Assembly (NCBI GenBank): GCA_965247095.1
Contig: OZ251997.1
Location: forward strand, 2,880,001-2,944,000
Origin: Candidatus Multivorans sp.
GTDB lineage: Bacteria; Acidobacteriota; Thermoanaerobaculia; Multivoradales; Multivoraceae
Direction of reading: 5' to 3'
Length of the DNA: 64,000 nt
The first letter of the stretch is position 1. Every line of letters begins with the position of its first letter. A program made the translations under genes and the position numbers. This document shows positions 10,001 to 18,857 of this stretch, in pieces. A model generated the notes under the pieces. That model ran no database searches, had not been told where the DNA came from, and was given only the letters and a program-made list of their open reading frames with translations.

Positions 10001-10388
10001 CCGGCGGCATCCGCCGGAGCGTGTCGGCGTGGGTGATGCGCTCGACCAGCAAGCTGGCGTCGACATCACCGGGAACCACCGCGGGATCGCGCGGCCTGGT
10101 GCTGCGTCCGGCTGGGGGTCGCTGACCGAACGCGCCCTGGCGGGTGTCCAGCCTCAGGTCAGCCTCGCGCGTCGCCTCGTCGGGACCGTGGCAGGCGAAG
10201 CAGTTGTCGGACAGAATCGGCCTGATGTCGCGCTGGAAGTCGACGGCGGGAGCGGGCTCGGCGGCCGCGACGGCCTGGGCTGACGGCGGAGCGGAAACCG
10301 CCAGGAGCGCACTCGCCAGAGCGATGACGTGCAGACGAGCGGACGGTGGCGAAACCACTCGTACTCCGAGTGACGCGAACAGGTTCAT
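7095..10388 (-). CDS. Planctomycete cytochrome c / DUF1549 / LamG / DUF1553 protein
   Basis: CFACH and CATCH haem motifs; WLDAARYGDT, ARVTVNRFWQ, RRSLYTFWKR, TNTPLQAL; LamG-like insert; paired with DUF1501. Confidence 0.93.
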   Translation of the reverse strand: MNLFASLGVRVVSPPSARLHVIALASALLAVSAPPSAQAVAAAEPAPAVDFQRDIRPILSDNCFACHGPDEATREADLRLDTRQGAFGQRPPAGRSTRPRDPAVVPGDVDASLLVERITHADTLRRMPPEVSQKTLSDEQIDLLKRWIEQGADWDQHWSFKPIDQPAPPAVVDEAWIRDPLDRFVLARLEDAGLTPAGEADRRSLARRAALDLTGLPPDPGTLATFLDDTEAGAYERLVDRLLSSAHWGEHRARYWLDAARYGDTHGIHNDNYREMYAYRDWLIKAFNRNQPFDEFTVDQIAGDLLEDPTLDQLIATGLQRNNITTNEGGVLVEEYEAIYAKDRAETIGSVFMGLTVGCATCHDHKFDPITQREFYALTAFFRNTTQYVMDGNISDPPPTLVVPRDEDRDTWYRLRAEVDELEDAMTERLDAVEPTFAEWLASDGHREIEAPLGVASELLRLDLEGEAPAVVTNGERQPINLHEAVRIEPGPNGLPALRFEDESSAELPPLELDTDTPFSLALWIYMPEAEGSYTVASQNDPHDANRGWQVTLGSRELYFRLNGDRAGPGRGATSVSINPNNTQRLTPGEWAHIVFTHDGSGERGGLHIYRDGDRVAEQGSEFFTKVQGSILTDRPFYLGRHDLRGDGKAQYFAGGGIADVRVFNRALSVQEAKVVSEWGPLQSAASKSPEQLTAGERQALLLSYANTNDEEYRRLVARRLEIDREWRDLRRHGSITHVMQELPGSEAAARVLYRGMYDQPRERVLAGTPAALPPMPDSLPRNRLGLAGWLIEDTNPLLARVTVNRFWQQIFGTGLVATSEDFGAQGEVPSHPELLDHLASEFRDSGWDTKALFRRLVTSSTYRQAAALTPDTLDRDPQNRLLSRGPRFRMDAEMVRDTALAASGLLVRTIGGPSVKPYQPKGHWERVAMNSSNTARYRRDSGDKLYRRSLYTFWKRAAPPPSMTIFDAGNREHSVVRRERTNTPLQALVVMNDTQFVEASRFLAQRAMREAGDDFDRRLDYVTTRLLSRPFDDAERAVARQTYDALIDLYRADEAGAKKLVATGESAHDAALPASESAAWTMLASQLMNLDEALNK

Positions 10389-10471
10389 GGAGAAGGTAGA
10401 GATTATCCGACCGCTGCTGCGCCGTTCTTGCCCCGACAGGTGAGAATGGACGGCGCAGGAGGAGCCGAGCC

Positions 10472-11008
10472 GTGATCGAAGAAGTCCTGTCCTTCTGGTT
10501 TGAACAGAACGGCCCCGAGCAGTGGTGGACCAGGGATCCGCAATTCGACGCCGTGATCCGCTCCCGGTTCGGGGCGCTGCATGCGCGGGCGGTTCTGGGA
10601 GAGCTCGACGGCTGGCGCGACGCGCCCGAGGGTCGCCTCGCTGAGATCATCGTGCTCGACCAATTCTCGCGCAACCTCTACCGTGACGATTCTCGCGCCT
10701 TCGCGGCCGACGGGATGGCGCTGGGGCTGGCGCAGGAGGCGGTGCGAACCGGCGCCGATCAAGCCGTGCCGCCGGTGAAGCGACAGTTCTTCTACATGCC
10801 CTACCAGCACAGCGAGTCGCCGCGAATCCACGAGGTCGCGGCAGCGCTGTTCGAGGGCCTGGCGGACCCGGAGAGCCTGGACTTCGAGCGGCGGCACAAG
10901 GCGATCATCGATCGTTTTGGGCGCTATCCGCATCGCAACCGCGTCCTCGGCCGCGCCTCGACCGCGGAGGAGATCGCCTTCCTCCAGGAGCCCGGGTCGT
11001 CGTTCTGA
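10472..11008 (+). CDS. DUF924 family protein
   Basis: EVLSFWF, LAEIIVLDQFSRN, FFYMPYQHSE, IIDRFGRYPHRN. Confidence 0.93.
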   Translation: MIEEVLSFWFEQNGPEQWWTRDPQFDAVIRSRFGALHARAVLGELDGWRDAPEGRLAEIIVLDQFSRNLYRDDSRAFAADGMALGLAQEAVRTGADQAVPPVKRQFFYMPYQHSESPRIHEVAAALFEGLADPESLDFERRHKAIIDRFGRYPHRNRVLGRASTAEEIAFLQEPGSSF

Positions 11009-11009
11009 G

Positions 11010-11513
11010 ATGAGGAAGCATCTGCCATCGGCCGTTGTTCCCGTGATCGCGGTGATCGCCTTGGCGTGCGCGACCACGGCGTCCACCACGCCGGGCTCAG
11101 CGCCGCCCGCCGCGCCCACCGATCAGCCACCGGCCGCGGAGCCGGCGCCGTCCGCCCCCCCGACCTCCGTTCTCGACGGCATCTACACCGAGGCGCAGGC
11201 CGATCGCGGCCGCGCCGCCTACGGCAAGAACTGCGCCGAGTGCCACGGGGAGGGCCTCGGCGGCGGCGAGATGGCGCCGGGCCTGACCGGCGTCGCGTTT
11301 TCCTTCCGCTGGCGCGGGCTCAAGGTGGGGGACGTCTACACCAGCATCCGGTCGACCATGCCGCCGGAAGAGCCGGGGAGGCTCAGCGCCCAGGAGTACA
11401 TCGACATCGTCGCCTTCCTGCTCGGCGCGAACAAGTACCCGGTGGGCGATCGGGAGTTGGCGGCGGAATCGGCGATTCTCGAGGGTATTGCGGTCGAGCG
11501 GATGCCTCCGTAG
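11010..11513 (+). CDS. c-type cytochrome, probable lipoprotein
   Basis: LAC lipobox-like signal, Pro/Ala linker, CAECH, distal TMPP. Confidence 0.85.
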   Translation: MRKHLPSAVVPVIAVIALACATTASTTPGSAPPAAPTDQPPAAEPAPSAPPTSVLDGIYTEAQADRGRAAYGKNCAECHGEGLGGGEMAPGLTGVAFSFRWRGLKVGDVYTSIRSTMPPEEPGRLSAQEYIDIVAFLLGANKYPVGDRELAAESAILEGIAVERMPP

Positions 11514-11562
11514 GCTAAGCGGCCCTTCATCGACGCGCGGTTCTCGTTCCGCTAGCTACTAC

Positions 11563-11588
11563 CGGGGACGCCGGCGTCCCCGCCGGCC
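11563..11588. repeat. REP-like palindrome (second sequence type)
   Basis: GGGGACGCCGGCGTCCCC is a perfect palindrome overlapping a GCCGGC-GTCCCC-GCCGGC hairpin, same layout as the GCGGGC-ATCCT-GCCCGC REP. Confidence 0.6.
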
Positions 11589-11615
11589 TTCGTGGGTGTC
11601 GCCAGACGGAAACGG

Positions 11616-11637
11616 TTTGACTTCATCTGAAGTCAAA
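11616..11637. promoter_or_regulatory. Operator palindrome over the -35 of the RHH/RelE operon
   Basis: TTTGACTTCA-TC-TGAAGTCAAA, perfect 10-bp arms, contains TTGACT; RHH antitoxins typically autorepress at such sites. Confidence 0.75.
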
Positions 11638-11660
11638 GACATCATGTGGAGCCAGAGAGC

Positions 11661-11894
11661 ATGACGATGGTTCAAGTGACCGCAAGACTCCCCGACGACC
11701 TCGTTGCGAAAGCCGATCGTGCAGCTAGCCAGTTGAATCGATCGAGAGCGCAGTTGGTCAGACAGGCGCTGGAGTACTACCTCGATGACTTCGAGGATCT
11801 GCGTCTGGCGCTGGACCGACTCAACGATCCTGCCGACCCGGTCCTCGACTGGGAAGACGTCAAGGGTGAGCTACTCGATCAAGATCAAGAGTAG
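11661..11894 (+). CDS. Ribbon-helix-helix (CopG/RelB-like) antitoxin
   Basis: VQVTARLPDDLV..ADR.A..LNRSRAQLVRQALE; acidic C-terminus; overlaps the toxin gene. Start could be 11646 or 11667. Confidence 0.85.
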   Translation: MTMVQVTARLPDDLVAKADRAASQLNRSRAQLVRQALEYYLDDFEDLRLALDRLNDPADPVLDWEDVKGELLDQDQE

Positions 11895-12120
11895 CGCTGT
11901 CAAGGCTCTGAAGAGAATCGACGCCCGGGAGCGAACGCGGCTCGTTGCGGCGATCGACCGACTCGCTGAGGAACCTTCCGCGGGCGCTGCGCTCAAGGGG
12001 GAATTCGGGGGCCTGCGCCGACTTCGGGTGGGGCGGTACCGCATCATCTACGAAGCGTTCCACGAAGAGTTGACGATTCTGGTCGTCCGCATCGGGCATC
12101 GCCGGGAGGTGTATCGATGA
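11866..12120 (+). CDS. RelE/StbE family toxin
   Basis: GTG start; LKG...LRRLRVGRYRIIY...ILVVRIGHRREVYR. Confidence 0.92.
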   Translation: MSYSIKIKSSAVKALKRIDARERTRLVAAIDRLAEEPSAGAALKGEFGGLRRLRVGRYRIIYEAFHEELTILVVRIGHRREVYR

Positions 12121-12139
12121 GATGGCGGGCTAGGAGCTT

Positions 12140-12292
12140 GCGCGGCAGAACGATCTGACCTGGGAACCCGTGTGGCGCGACCCGCGCCACACGCGAACCA
12201 CTCCGTGCGCCCGTCATCGGGCGCACGGATGGCACGCGGGCATCCTGCCCGCATCCGGCGCGAAGCGCCGGCCTCCGGGAGTTCTGCCGCGC
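12140..12292 (+). mobile_element. Full-length composite REP/MITE-like element (hairpins A-B-C-D inside 12-bp terminal inverted repeats)
   Basis: GCGCGGCAGAAC (12140-12151) / GTTCTGCCGCGC (12281-12292); near-identical to 31276-31427; modules shared with the RAYT flanks. Confidence 0.85.
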
Positions 12293-13676
12293 TACGGCCC
12301 GGGGTACTCCAGCGCGAACACGAACAGGTTGTTCGCGAAGCCCGGCTTCAGCTCCGGCGTCAGACGCAGGAAGCTCGACGTGGTCGCCGAGATGCCGGTG
12401 CTGACGGCGACGTACTGCGTGCCGCCTGTGGCGTAGGTGATCGGGTAGCCGGTCACCGGTGAGCCGAGGTTCACTTCCCACAGCACCTCGCCGGTCTCCT
12501 GGCTGTAGGCCTTGAAGCGGCCGTTCGTGTCGCCGCCGAAGAGCAGTCCCCCGCCGGTGGCGACCAGCGAGGTCGTCGACGCGCGCTGTTCGTGGAGCCA
12601 CACCGTCTTGCCGGTCTCGGCCGAGATCGCGTAGACGGCGCCGAGGTTGTCGGTGCCCGGCGCCAGCTCGTGGCGCACGCTCAGGGCGTAGATGGTGTGG
12701 GACGCGCTCGGGTCAGTCGTCGTCAACGTCGGCATGCACATGTTCCGCAGCGGGTAGTACAGCGTGTTCGTCTCCGGGCTGTAGGCGCCGGCCTCCCAGT
12801 CCTTGCCGCCGTGCATGTTGGGGCAGATCAGGCGCTCCTCTTCCAGAGCGTGGAAGACGACTTCCGGGTTCTCGGTCGCCCTGCCGGTCTCGCCGTCGAT
12901 GCTCTGGATCACGTTCTGGTACACGGTCGGCCGCGCCCAGAGGAACTCGCCCGTCTCGCGGTCGATGGAGTAGACCAGGGCGGTCTTGCCGGGAATGCCG
13001 GTGATCACCTTGCGGACCTCGCCCGGTACGAGGTTCGGATTGATCCACGGAACCTCGTCGGGGTCGGGCGTCACCGCGGTGTCGACGACCAGGCGTTCGA
13101 AGGGATGGTCGAGATCCCAGTGGTCGTTCATGTGCTGGTAATGCCAGACGATCTCGCCGGTGTCGCCGTCCAGAGCGAGGGTTGAGTTGTGGTAGAGGTG
13201 CGTCTTGTCGACACCGCCGAGCATGAATTTCGGCGCCGGCGCGGCGACAAAGACCAGGTTCAGCTCCGGGAGCCGCCAACGTACTCCGATGCATCGTCGG
13301 GAATCTTGCGCCGGTGCTCCCAGATCAGGTCGCCGGTCACCGCGTCGAGCGCCTGAATCACGTCGTTCGGGTTCGGCATGTACATCACGCCGCGGTAGGC
13401 GAGCGGCGTCCCGGTCTGGCTGCCGTCGTTGAGCGAGCGCGTCCAGACCATGCGCAGGCCGCCGACGTTCGAAGGCGTGATCTGGTCGAGCGGGCTGTAG
13501 CCCCAGCCGTTCGCTGTGCGGCGCCACATGAGCCAATCCCCGGGCGCGGGGTTCTCGAGAATCTTGTCCGTGACCGGGACGAAGTCGTCGTCGGACTGGG
13601 CGTGGGCGGCGGTGAGGCTCAGGAACCGGGCCGCGACCGCCGCGGCGACGAGTGCGTGTCGGTACAGGTTCGGCAT
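12292..13676 (-). pseudogene. PQQ-dependent dehydrogenase with internal deletion and frameshift
   Basis: N-part (signal peptide, DWLMWRRT..GWGYSPLDQI, QALDAVTGDLIWE) stops at 13260; C-part (PELNLVF..PAPKF, YHNSTLALD, HWDLD, GSPVTGYPITY) is in another frame; central propeller blades are missing. Confidence 0.8.
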
Positions 13677-13730
13677 CGGGAACCCCTTTCTGTGTGGCTG
13701 GAGCCGTAGAGTATGGCCGAGTACGTCTTG

Positions 13731-13828
13731 CCGTCGCTTCGCGCCGGATGCGGGCAAGGATGCCCGCGTTCCCAGGCCGGAACCCAGCCGGCGAAGCGTT
13801 CACCTGGGAACGCGGGCATCCGGGCCAG
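13731..13828. repeat. Inverted REP pair (REPIN-like)
   Basis: GCGGGCAAGGATGCCCGCGTTCCCAGG ... CCTGGGAACGCGGGCATCC back to back, plus a module D remnant. Confidence 0.8.
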
Positions 13829-13862
13829 CAGCCCATCGCGATAGCAGACTAAGCTAGCCGGT

Positions 13863-16697
13863 ATGCCTCACAACAAGGTCGCCTTCGCCTCGGCTGCCGT
13901 AGCGGCAGCCGCTCTGTCGTTCGCCCTACCTCCGGCCCCCGCGCCGGCGCAGGAACCGGCCTCGCTCGGCGGCGACGACGTCATCTCCCTACTCGTCCGC
14001 CTCGGCGTCAACGACACGGCCGCCCGCGACTGGGACGGCTCGCTCGAGGTAGCGGGCGGCGAGTTGCTCGACGTGCGCGACTGGCGTCCGCGCCTCGACC
14101 ATGAAGTCGCGGGCAACACCTGGAAGCTCGCCAGCTACAAGGGGCCGAACTTCGGGTACAGGGCATGGCACGAGACGCAGAACGTCGGCCCCGTCCCGTA
14201 CATCCGATCGCCCGGACTGGTGGTCGACATCCGCGGCAACGGCGGTTCGCGGCTGATGTTCGCGACCGCAAACGGGGAGTTCGACTTCCGGCTCGCCGAC
14301 GTCGCGTTCGGCCGCCGCCTGAGGCTCTTGGGCGGCGACGTGACCGTTGAGCGGGTACCCCCGGCCGAACGTCTGACGTCGGACGAGTACGAAGACGACT
14401 TTGCTGTGATCCTCGGCAGCGACAGCGACGAGGTGTGGGCCGCCTGGATGGGCTACCGGGACGGCGCCAACGAGGTGCTGGCCCGCCGCTTCGACGGGCA
14501 GAGTTGGGGAGACGTCCAGTCTCTCTCGGAACAGCCCGGAGATCACTACATGGTCAAGATGGGCCGCGACGGGAAGGGCCGCCCCTGGGTCGTCTACTCG
14601 GCGCAGGTCGACGGCAACTGGGATCTCTACGCGCGCGTCCTCGACGGCGACGCCTGGTCGGCTGCGGAGCGCCTGACCGAGGCGCCGCAACCGGACGTTT
14701 TCCACAACCTGGCAACCGACGCCGAGGGCAACCTATGGCTGGTCTGGCAGGGCTTCCGCGACGGCGCCGCGGACATCTTCGCCCGTCGTTACGACGGTTC
14801 GGGCTGGTCCGAGGCGGAGCAGGTCTCGTCGTCGCCGGCGAACGACTGGGAGCCGGTGATCGCCGCCGATTCCAAGGGCGGCGTCTACGTCGGTTGGGAC
14901 AGCTACGGCGCCGGCAACTACGACGTGCTGATCCGCCGCTGGGCGGACGGCGCGTGGGGCGAAGAGATGGCGGTGGCCGCGACCCCGAAGTACGAGGCCC
15001 ACCTGAGTCTCGCCGTCGACCCGCAGGATCGGGTCTGGGCTGCGTGGAACGAGAGCGGCGTGAACTGGGGCAAGGACACGGGGTGGGTGCTCAACCGCGA
15101 AGGCACCCGCCTGTACCAGTGGCGCACGATCGGTGTCGCCGTCCATGACGGTTGGGAATGGCGGTCCCCGGCCGCGGACGTCAACGCGGTAATGCCCGCG
15201 GAACTGGAGAACTACAACGACTTTCCGGTCCTGTTCCCGGACGCCGACGGGCGCATGTGGCTCTACTTCCGGCACCGCACCCTGCGCACCGCCGACGTGC
15301 CGAGCGAGGCGCCGGCCCACCGCGCCGCCTGGGAGATCTGGGGCACGACGCTCCAGGGCGACCGCTGGCTGCGGCCGCAGCACATCCCGATGACGCGTTT
15401 CCGTCAGGACGCGCGCTGGGGCCTGGCCGCCGACGGCAAGGGCAACGTCTGGGCGAGCTGGCCGATGGACAACCGGGACTACGAGGGCTTCCTGTACGAG
15501 CACGCCGACGTCTATGCCGCGAGACTGCCGCGGCTTTCGACGAAGGTCGTGCCGCCGAAGCTCACTGCCCGCCTCGTTGAGGACGCGATTCCGGCCTACT
15601 CGATCCACGAGAACGAGGCGGAGGACCTGGCGACAATCCGGGACTACGAGCTCGAGTCGGAGGGCAAGACCTACCGCATCTACCGCGGCGACACCCACCG
15701 CCACACCGAGATCTCGATGGACGGCAACAACGACGGCTCGCTGATCCAGACCTACCGCTACGCGATGGACGCCGCCGCGCTCGACTATCTCCTCGCCAGC
15801 GAGCACAACTTTCAGGGCGGCCCCGACAACGACTACATCAACTGGCTGCTGCAGCAGACGGTCGACGTGTTCTCGGTTTCCGGCCGGTTCCAGCCCTTCT
15901 ACGGCTACGAGCGGAGCCTCCGGTACCCCGACGGGCACCGGAACATCCTGTTCGCGGAGCGCGGCAAGCCGACCCTCCCGGTCACCGAGGCGGAGCAGAA
16001 CCACGAGGAGGGAGCGGCGAGACTCTACGGGTACCTGAAGGTACACGACGGCATCGCCATTTCCCACACCTCGGCCTCGAACATGGGCACCGACTGGCGG
16101 GACAACGACCCGGAGGTCGAGCCCTTGGTCGAGATCTACCAGGGCGACCGGGTCTCCAACGAGTACGAGGGCGCCCCGCGCGCCGCCCGCAGCGGCAACC
16201 TGCGCTCAGCGCCGGGCGGCTTCGAGCCCGCGGGCTACGTCTGGAACGCCTGGGCCAAGGGCTACAAGCTCGGCGTGCAGGCGGCTTCGGACCACCTGTC
16301 GACCCATATCTCGTACGCCTGCACGATCGCCGAGGACTTCACGCGGGAGGGGATGCTCGACGCGATGAAGAAGCGGCACAGCTACGGCGCGACCGACAAC
16401 ATCGTCCTCGACTACCGGCTGCGGACGGCCGACCGAGAGTACCTCCAGGGCGACATCCTGACCACAGGCAACGACTTCCGCCTCAGCGTCCGCGTCATCG
16501 GCACGACGCCCATCCGCCAGCTCGACATCATCCGCGACCAGACCTTCGTCTACAACCGCCAGAACCTCGACGCCGACGTGAGCCTCGAGTTCGCGGACTC
16601 CGATGTCGAACCGGGCGAGCACCTCTACTACGTGCGGGTGATCCAGAACGACGGCAACATGGCCTGGTCGTCACCGATCTGGGTGACGGTGGAGTAA
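13863..16697 (+). CDS. Large secreted beta-propeller + PHP-like (DUF3604/CehA-type) metallohydrolase
   Basis: Signal peptide; repeated W-x-x-W...RRFDG..W blades; C-terminal GDTHRHTE, SEH, GHRN, SHT, ASDH metal-ligand pattern. Confidence 0.7.
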   Translation: MPHNKVAFASAAVAAAALSFALPPAPAPAQEPASLGGDDVISLLVRLGVNDTAARDWDGSLEVAGGELLDVRDWRPRLDHEVAGNTWKLASYKGPNFGYRAWHETQNVGPVPYIRSPGLVVDIRGNGGSRLMFATANGEFDFRLADVAFGRRLRLLGGDVTVERVPPAERLTSDEYEDDFAVILGSDSDEVWAAWMGYRDGANEVLARRFDGQSWGDVQSLSEQPGDHYMVKMGRDGKGRPWVVYSAQVDGNWDLYARVLDGDAWSAAERLTEAPQPDVFHNLATDAEGNLWLVWQGFRDGAADIFARRYDGSGWSEAEQVSSSPANDWEPVIAADSKGGVYVGWDSYGAGNYDVLIRRWADGAWGEEMAVAATPKYEAHLSLAVDPQDRVWAAWNESGVNWGKDTGWVLNREGTRLYQWRTIGVAVHDGWEWRSPAADVNAVMPAELENYNDFPVLFPDADGRMWLYFRHRTLRTADVPSEAPAHRAAWEIWGTTLQGDRWLRPQHIPMTRFRQDARWGLAADGKGNVWASWPMDNRDYEGFLYEHADVYAARLPRLSTKVVPPKLTARLVEDAIPAYSIHENEAEDLATIRDYELESEGKTYRIYRGDTHRHTEISMDGNNDGSLIQTYRYAMDAAALDYLLASEHNFQGGPDNDYINWLLQQTVDVFSVSGRFQPFYGYERSLRYPDGHRNILFAERGKPTLPVTEAEQNHEEGAARLYGYLKVHDGIAISHTSASNMGTDWRDNDPEVEPLVEIYQGDRVSNEYEGAPRAARSGNLRSAPGGFEPAGYVWNAWAKGYKLGVQAASDHLSTHISYACTIAEDFTREGMLDAMKKRHSYGATDNIVLDYRLRTADREYLQGDILTTGNDFRLSVRVIGTTPIRQLDIIRDQTFVYNRQNLDADVSLEFADSDVEPGEHLYYVRVIQNDGNMAWSSPIWVTVE

Positions 16698-16698
16698 G

Positions 16699-16772
16699 CC
16701 CTGTGGCCGCGGGCATCCTGCCCGCCCTGTGGCCGCGGGCATCCTGCCCGCATCTGGCGCCAAGCACCGGCC
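16699..16772 (+). repeat. Tandem REP (2 x 26 bp) plus degenerate module D
   Basis: CCTGTGGCCGCGGGCATCCTGCCCGC twice. Confidence 0.85.
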
Positions 16773-16787
16773 CCCCTTGGCGGTAGC

Positions 16788-17984
16788 ATGCAACTGCCGA
16801 TGCTCCGTTCCTTCTTCGCGGTTGCCGTCTGTGGTCTCTCGACTGCCACCGTCCTCGCCCAACCCCCCGGCGACCTCGGCGACCGGATGCGGGAGCGCAG
16901 CCGGCAAATCGACGCCCGGCTCGCCGACGACCCCTACGTCGGCATTCACGGCAGCTCGGGCATCGAACGCGGCCTGTTCAAGATCGAGTCGACCGGCGTG
17001 TCGACGGAGCCCGTCCGCCTGGCCGCGAAGAACTTCCTCACGGCCCTGTCCGCCGGGCAGCGCGCCAAGACGATGTTCCCGATCGACGACGACGAGTGGC
17101 GCAAGTGGATGAACCAGCACTTCTACGTCCGCCAAGGCGTCGGCTTCGACGAGATGGACGAAGCCCAGCGGGAAGCGGCCTTCGGCCTGATGCGGGCCTC
17201 GTTGAGCGCCGACGGGCTCAAGCTGAGCCGCGACATCATGAACCTCAACCGCACCCTCGGCGAACTGAACAACGACAACTTTGCCGAGTACAACGAGTGG
17301 CTGTACTGGATCACCGTGATGGGCGAGCCCTCGGCCGACCAGCCCTAGGGTTGGCAAGTCGACGGTCACCACCTGATCATCAACTACTTCGTGCTCGGCG
17401 ATCAGGTCGTCATGACGCCGCTGTTCATCGGCTCGGAGCCGGTCATCGCCGAGTCCGGGAAGTTCAAGGGCACGGCGATCATGCAGCGTGAGCAGGACCG
17501 GGGCCTCGCGCTGATCCGCTCGCTCACCGAAGAGCAGCGCGCGAAGGCGGTCATCGAAACGTCGAAGGACGGCAACGACAACCTCGGCGAGGCGTTCAAC
17601 GACAACGTCGTCCTCGACTACGCCGGTATCCCCGCCGCCGAGCTCTCAGCCGAGACCAGGGAGCAACTGCTCGACCTGATCGGCATCTACGTCCACAACA
17701 TGCGAGAGGGCCACGCCAGAGTGCGAATGGACGAGGTCGAGCGGCACCTCGACGAGACCCACTTCGCCTGGATCGGCGGCACCGGCGGCGACGCGGTCTT
17801 CTACTACCGCATCCACAGCCCGGTCATCCTGATCGAGTTCGACCACCAGCGCCCGGTCGGCATCCGTCATCTCGTTGCCGGCCGCAGCCCGATCCGCCAG
17901 CACATCCACGCCGTCGTCCGCACACCGAACGGCAACGACTACGGCAAGGACCTGCTCCGGCAGCACTACGAGCGGGACCACTAG
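16788..17984 (+). pseudogene. DUF3500 domain protein interrupted by an in-frame TAG (17346-17348)
   Basis: ...[22 protein letters not shown]...; family motif is PWGWQxDGHH; frame continues to FYYRIHSP...[19 protein letters not shown]. Confidence 0.85.
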
Positions 17985-17999
17985 CCACTCCGCTCCACC

Positions 18000-18168
18000 C
18001 CGGGAACCCGGGTGGCGCGATCCGCGCCACCCGTGAACCACTCCGTGCGCCTGTCATCGGGCGCACGGATGGCACGCGGGCATCCTTGCCCGCATCCGCC
18101 CTGGGAACGCGGGCATCCCTGCCCGCATCCGGACCTGGGAACGCGGGCATCCCTGCCCGCATCCGGAC
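18000..18168 (+). repeat. REP array downstream of RAYT (A-B-C-C-C)
   Basis: Hairpins A and B followed by three GCGGGCATCC(C/T)TGCCCGC units, two preceded by CTGGGAAC. Confidence 0.92.
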
Positions 18169-18813
18169 TCAACGAAGAGCCGTGTTCCGTCGCCGCGCCG
18201 CACTGCCCCACAGCCAATCTCCTGGTGACACCGCCAGTCCGGCCTTGACCGGGTTACCCTCGATGTACTCGGTAGTGGCCCTCAAGTGCCCCTCGTTCCG
18301 AATGAAGCGATCGACATAGTCCGGCATCCAGAAGGCCCCCGATCGCCCCAGCACCCGGTTGGCTCGTTGTGCCGAGAAGGACTTCCACGAGTGCACGACA
18401 ACATCCAATGGGAATCCAGGGAGAGTCTCGATCAGGACGTGCACGTGGTTGGGCATAACGACCCAAGCAATCAAGTGATATCGGCGGCTGTCGAAGTGCA
18501 GCAGTGTGGCTTCGATCTGCTCGGCAATACGCGGATCACGCAGCCAGCATTCCCCGTGCCCCTCGTCGGCCCAGCGGTCTATCCGCCTCCGGAGACTCGC
18601 GCAACGTGGGTCGTCCGCCGAGGTATCGGACCTGATGCCCAACTCGTCCTTCCAGCGAAGGACGACTTCGGAGGGCACCGAATCGACCAAGCGGAAAGTC
18701 ACGAACTGGACTAGGCCGGGTTCATCAAGGTGCGGAATGTAGCCTCGACTGTGCCACGCTCGGTGCCGTCTGGAGGCCTGTGGGGGCAGGCGGATGGACT
18801 CGAGGCCTGACAT
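18169..18813 (-). mobile_element. REP-associated tyrosine transposase (RAYT, IS200/Y1 HUH family)
   Basis: RGYIPH, FVTFRL, HUH motif VMPNHVHVL, WKSFSA, FW..Y.DRFIR, catalytic YIEGNPVKAGL; flanked by inverted REP arrays. Confidence 0.93.
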
Positions 18814-18857
18814 CGCTCGCCCCAGATACGTTGGAGGGAGCCCAAGCGTCTATCAAG

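Noticed and set aside
17346-17420. Pyrrolysine or genome-wide amber recoding
   Set aside because: No pyl genes or suppressor tRNA are visible, TAG terminates many genes here, and the position is a conserved Trp.
18071-18168. Tandem ~33-bp palindromic repeats resembling a CRISPR array
   Set aside because: No unique spacers and no cas genes; the units are REPs flanking a RAYT.
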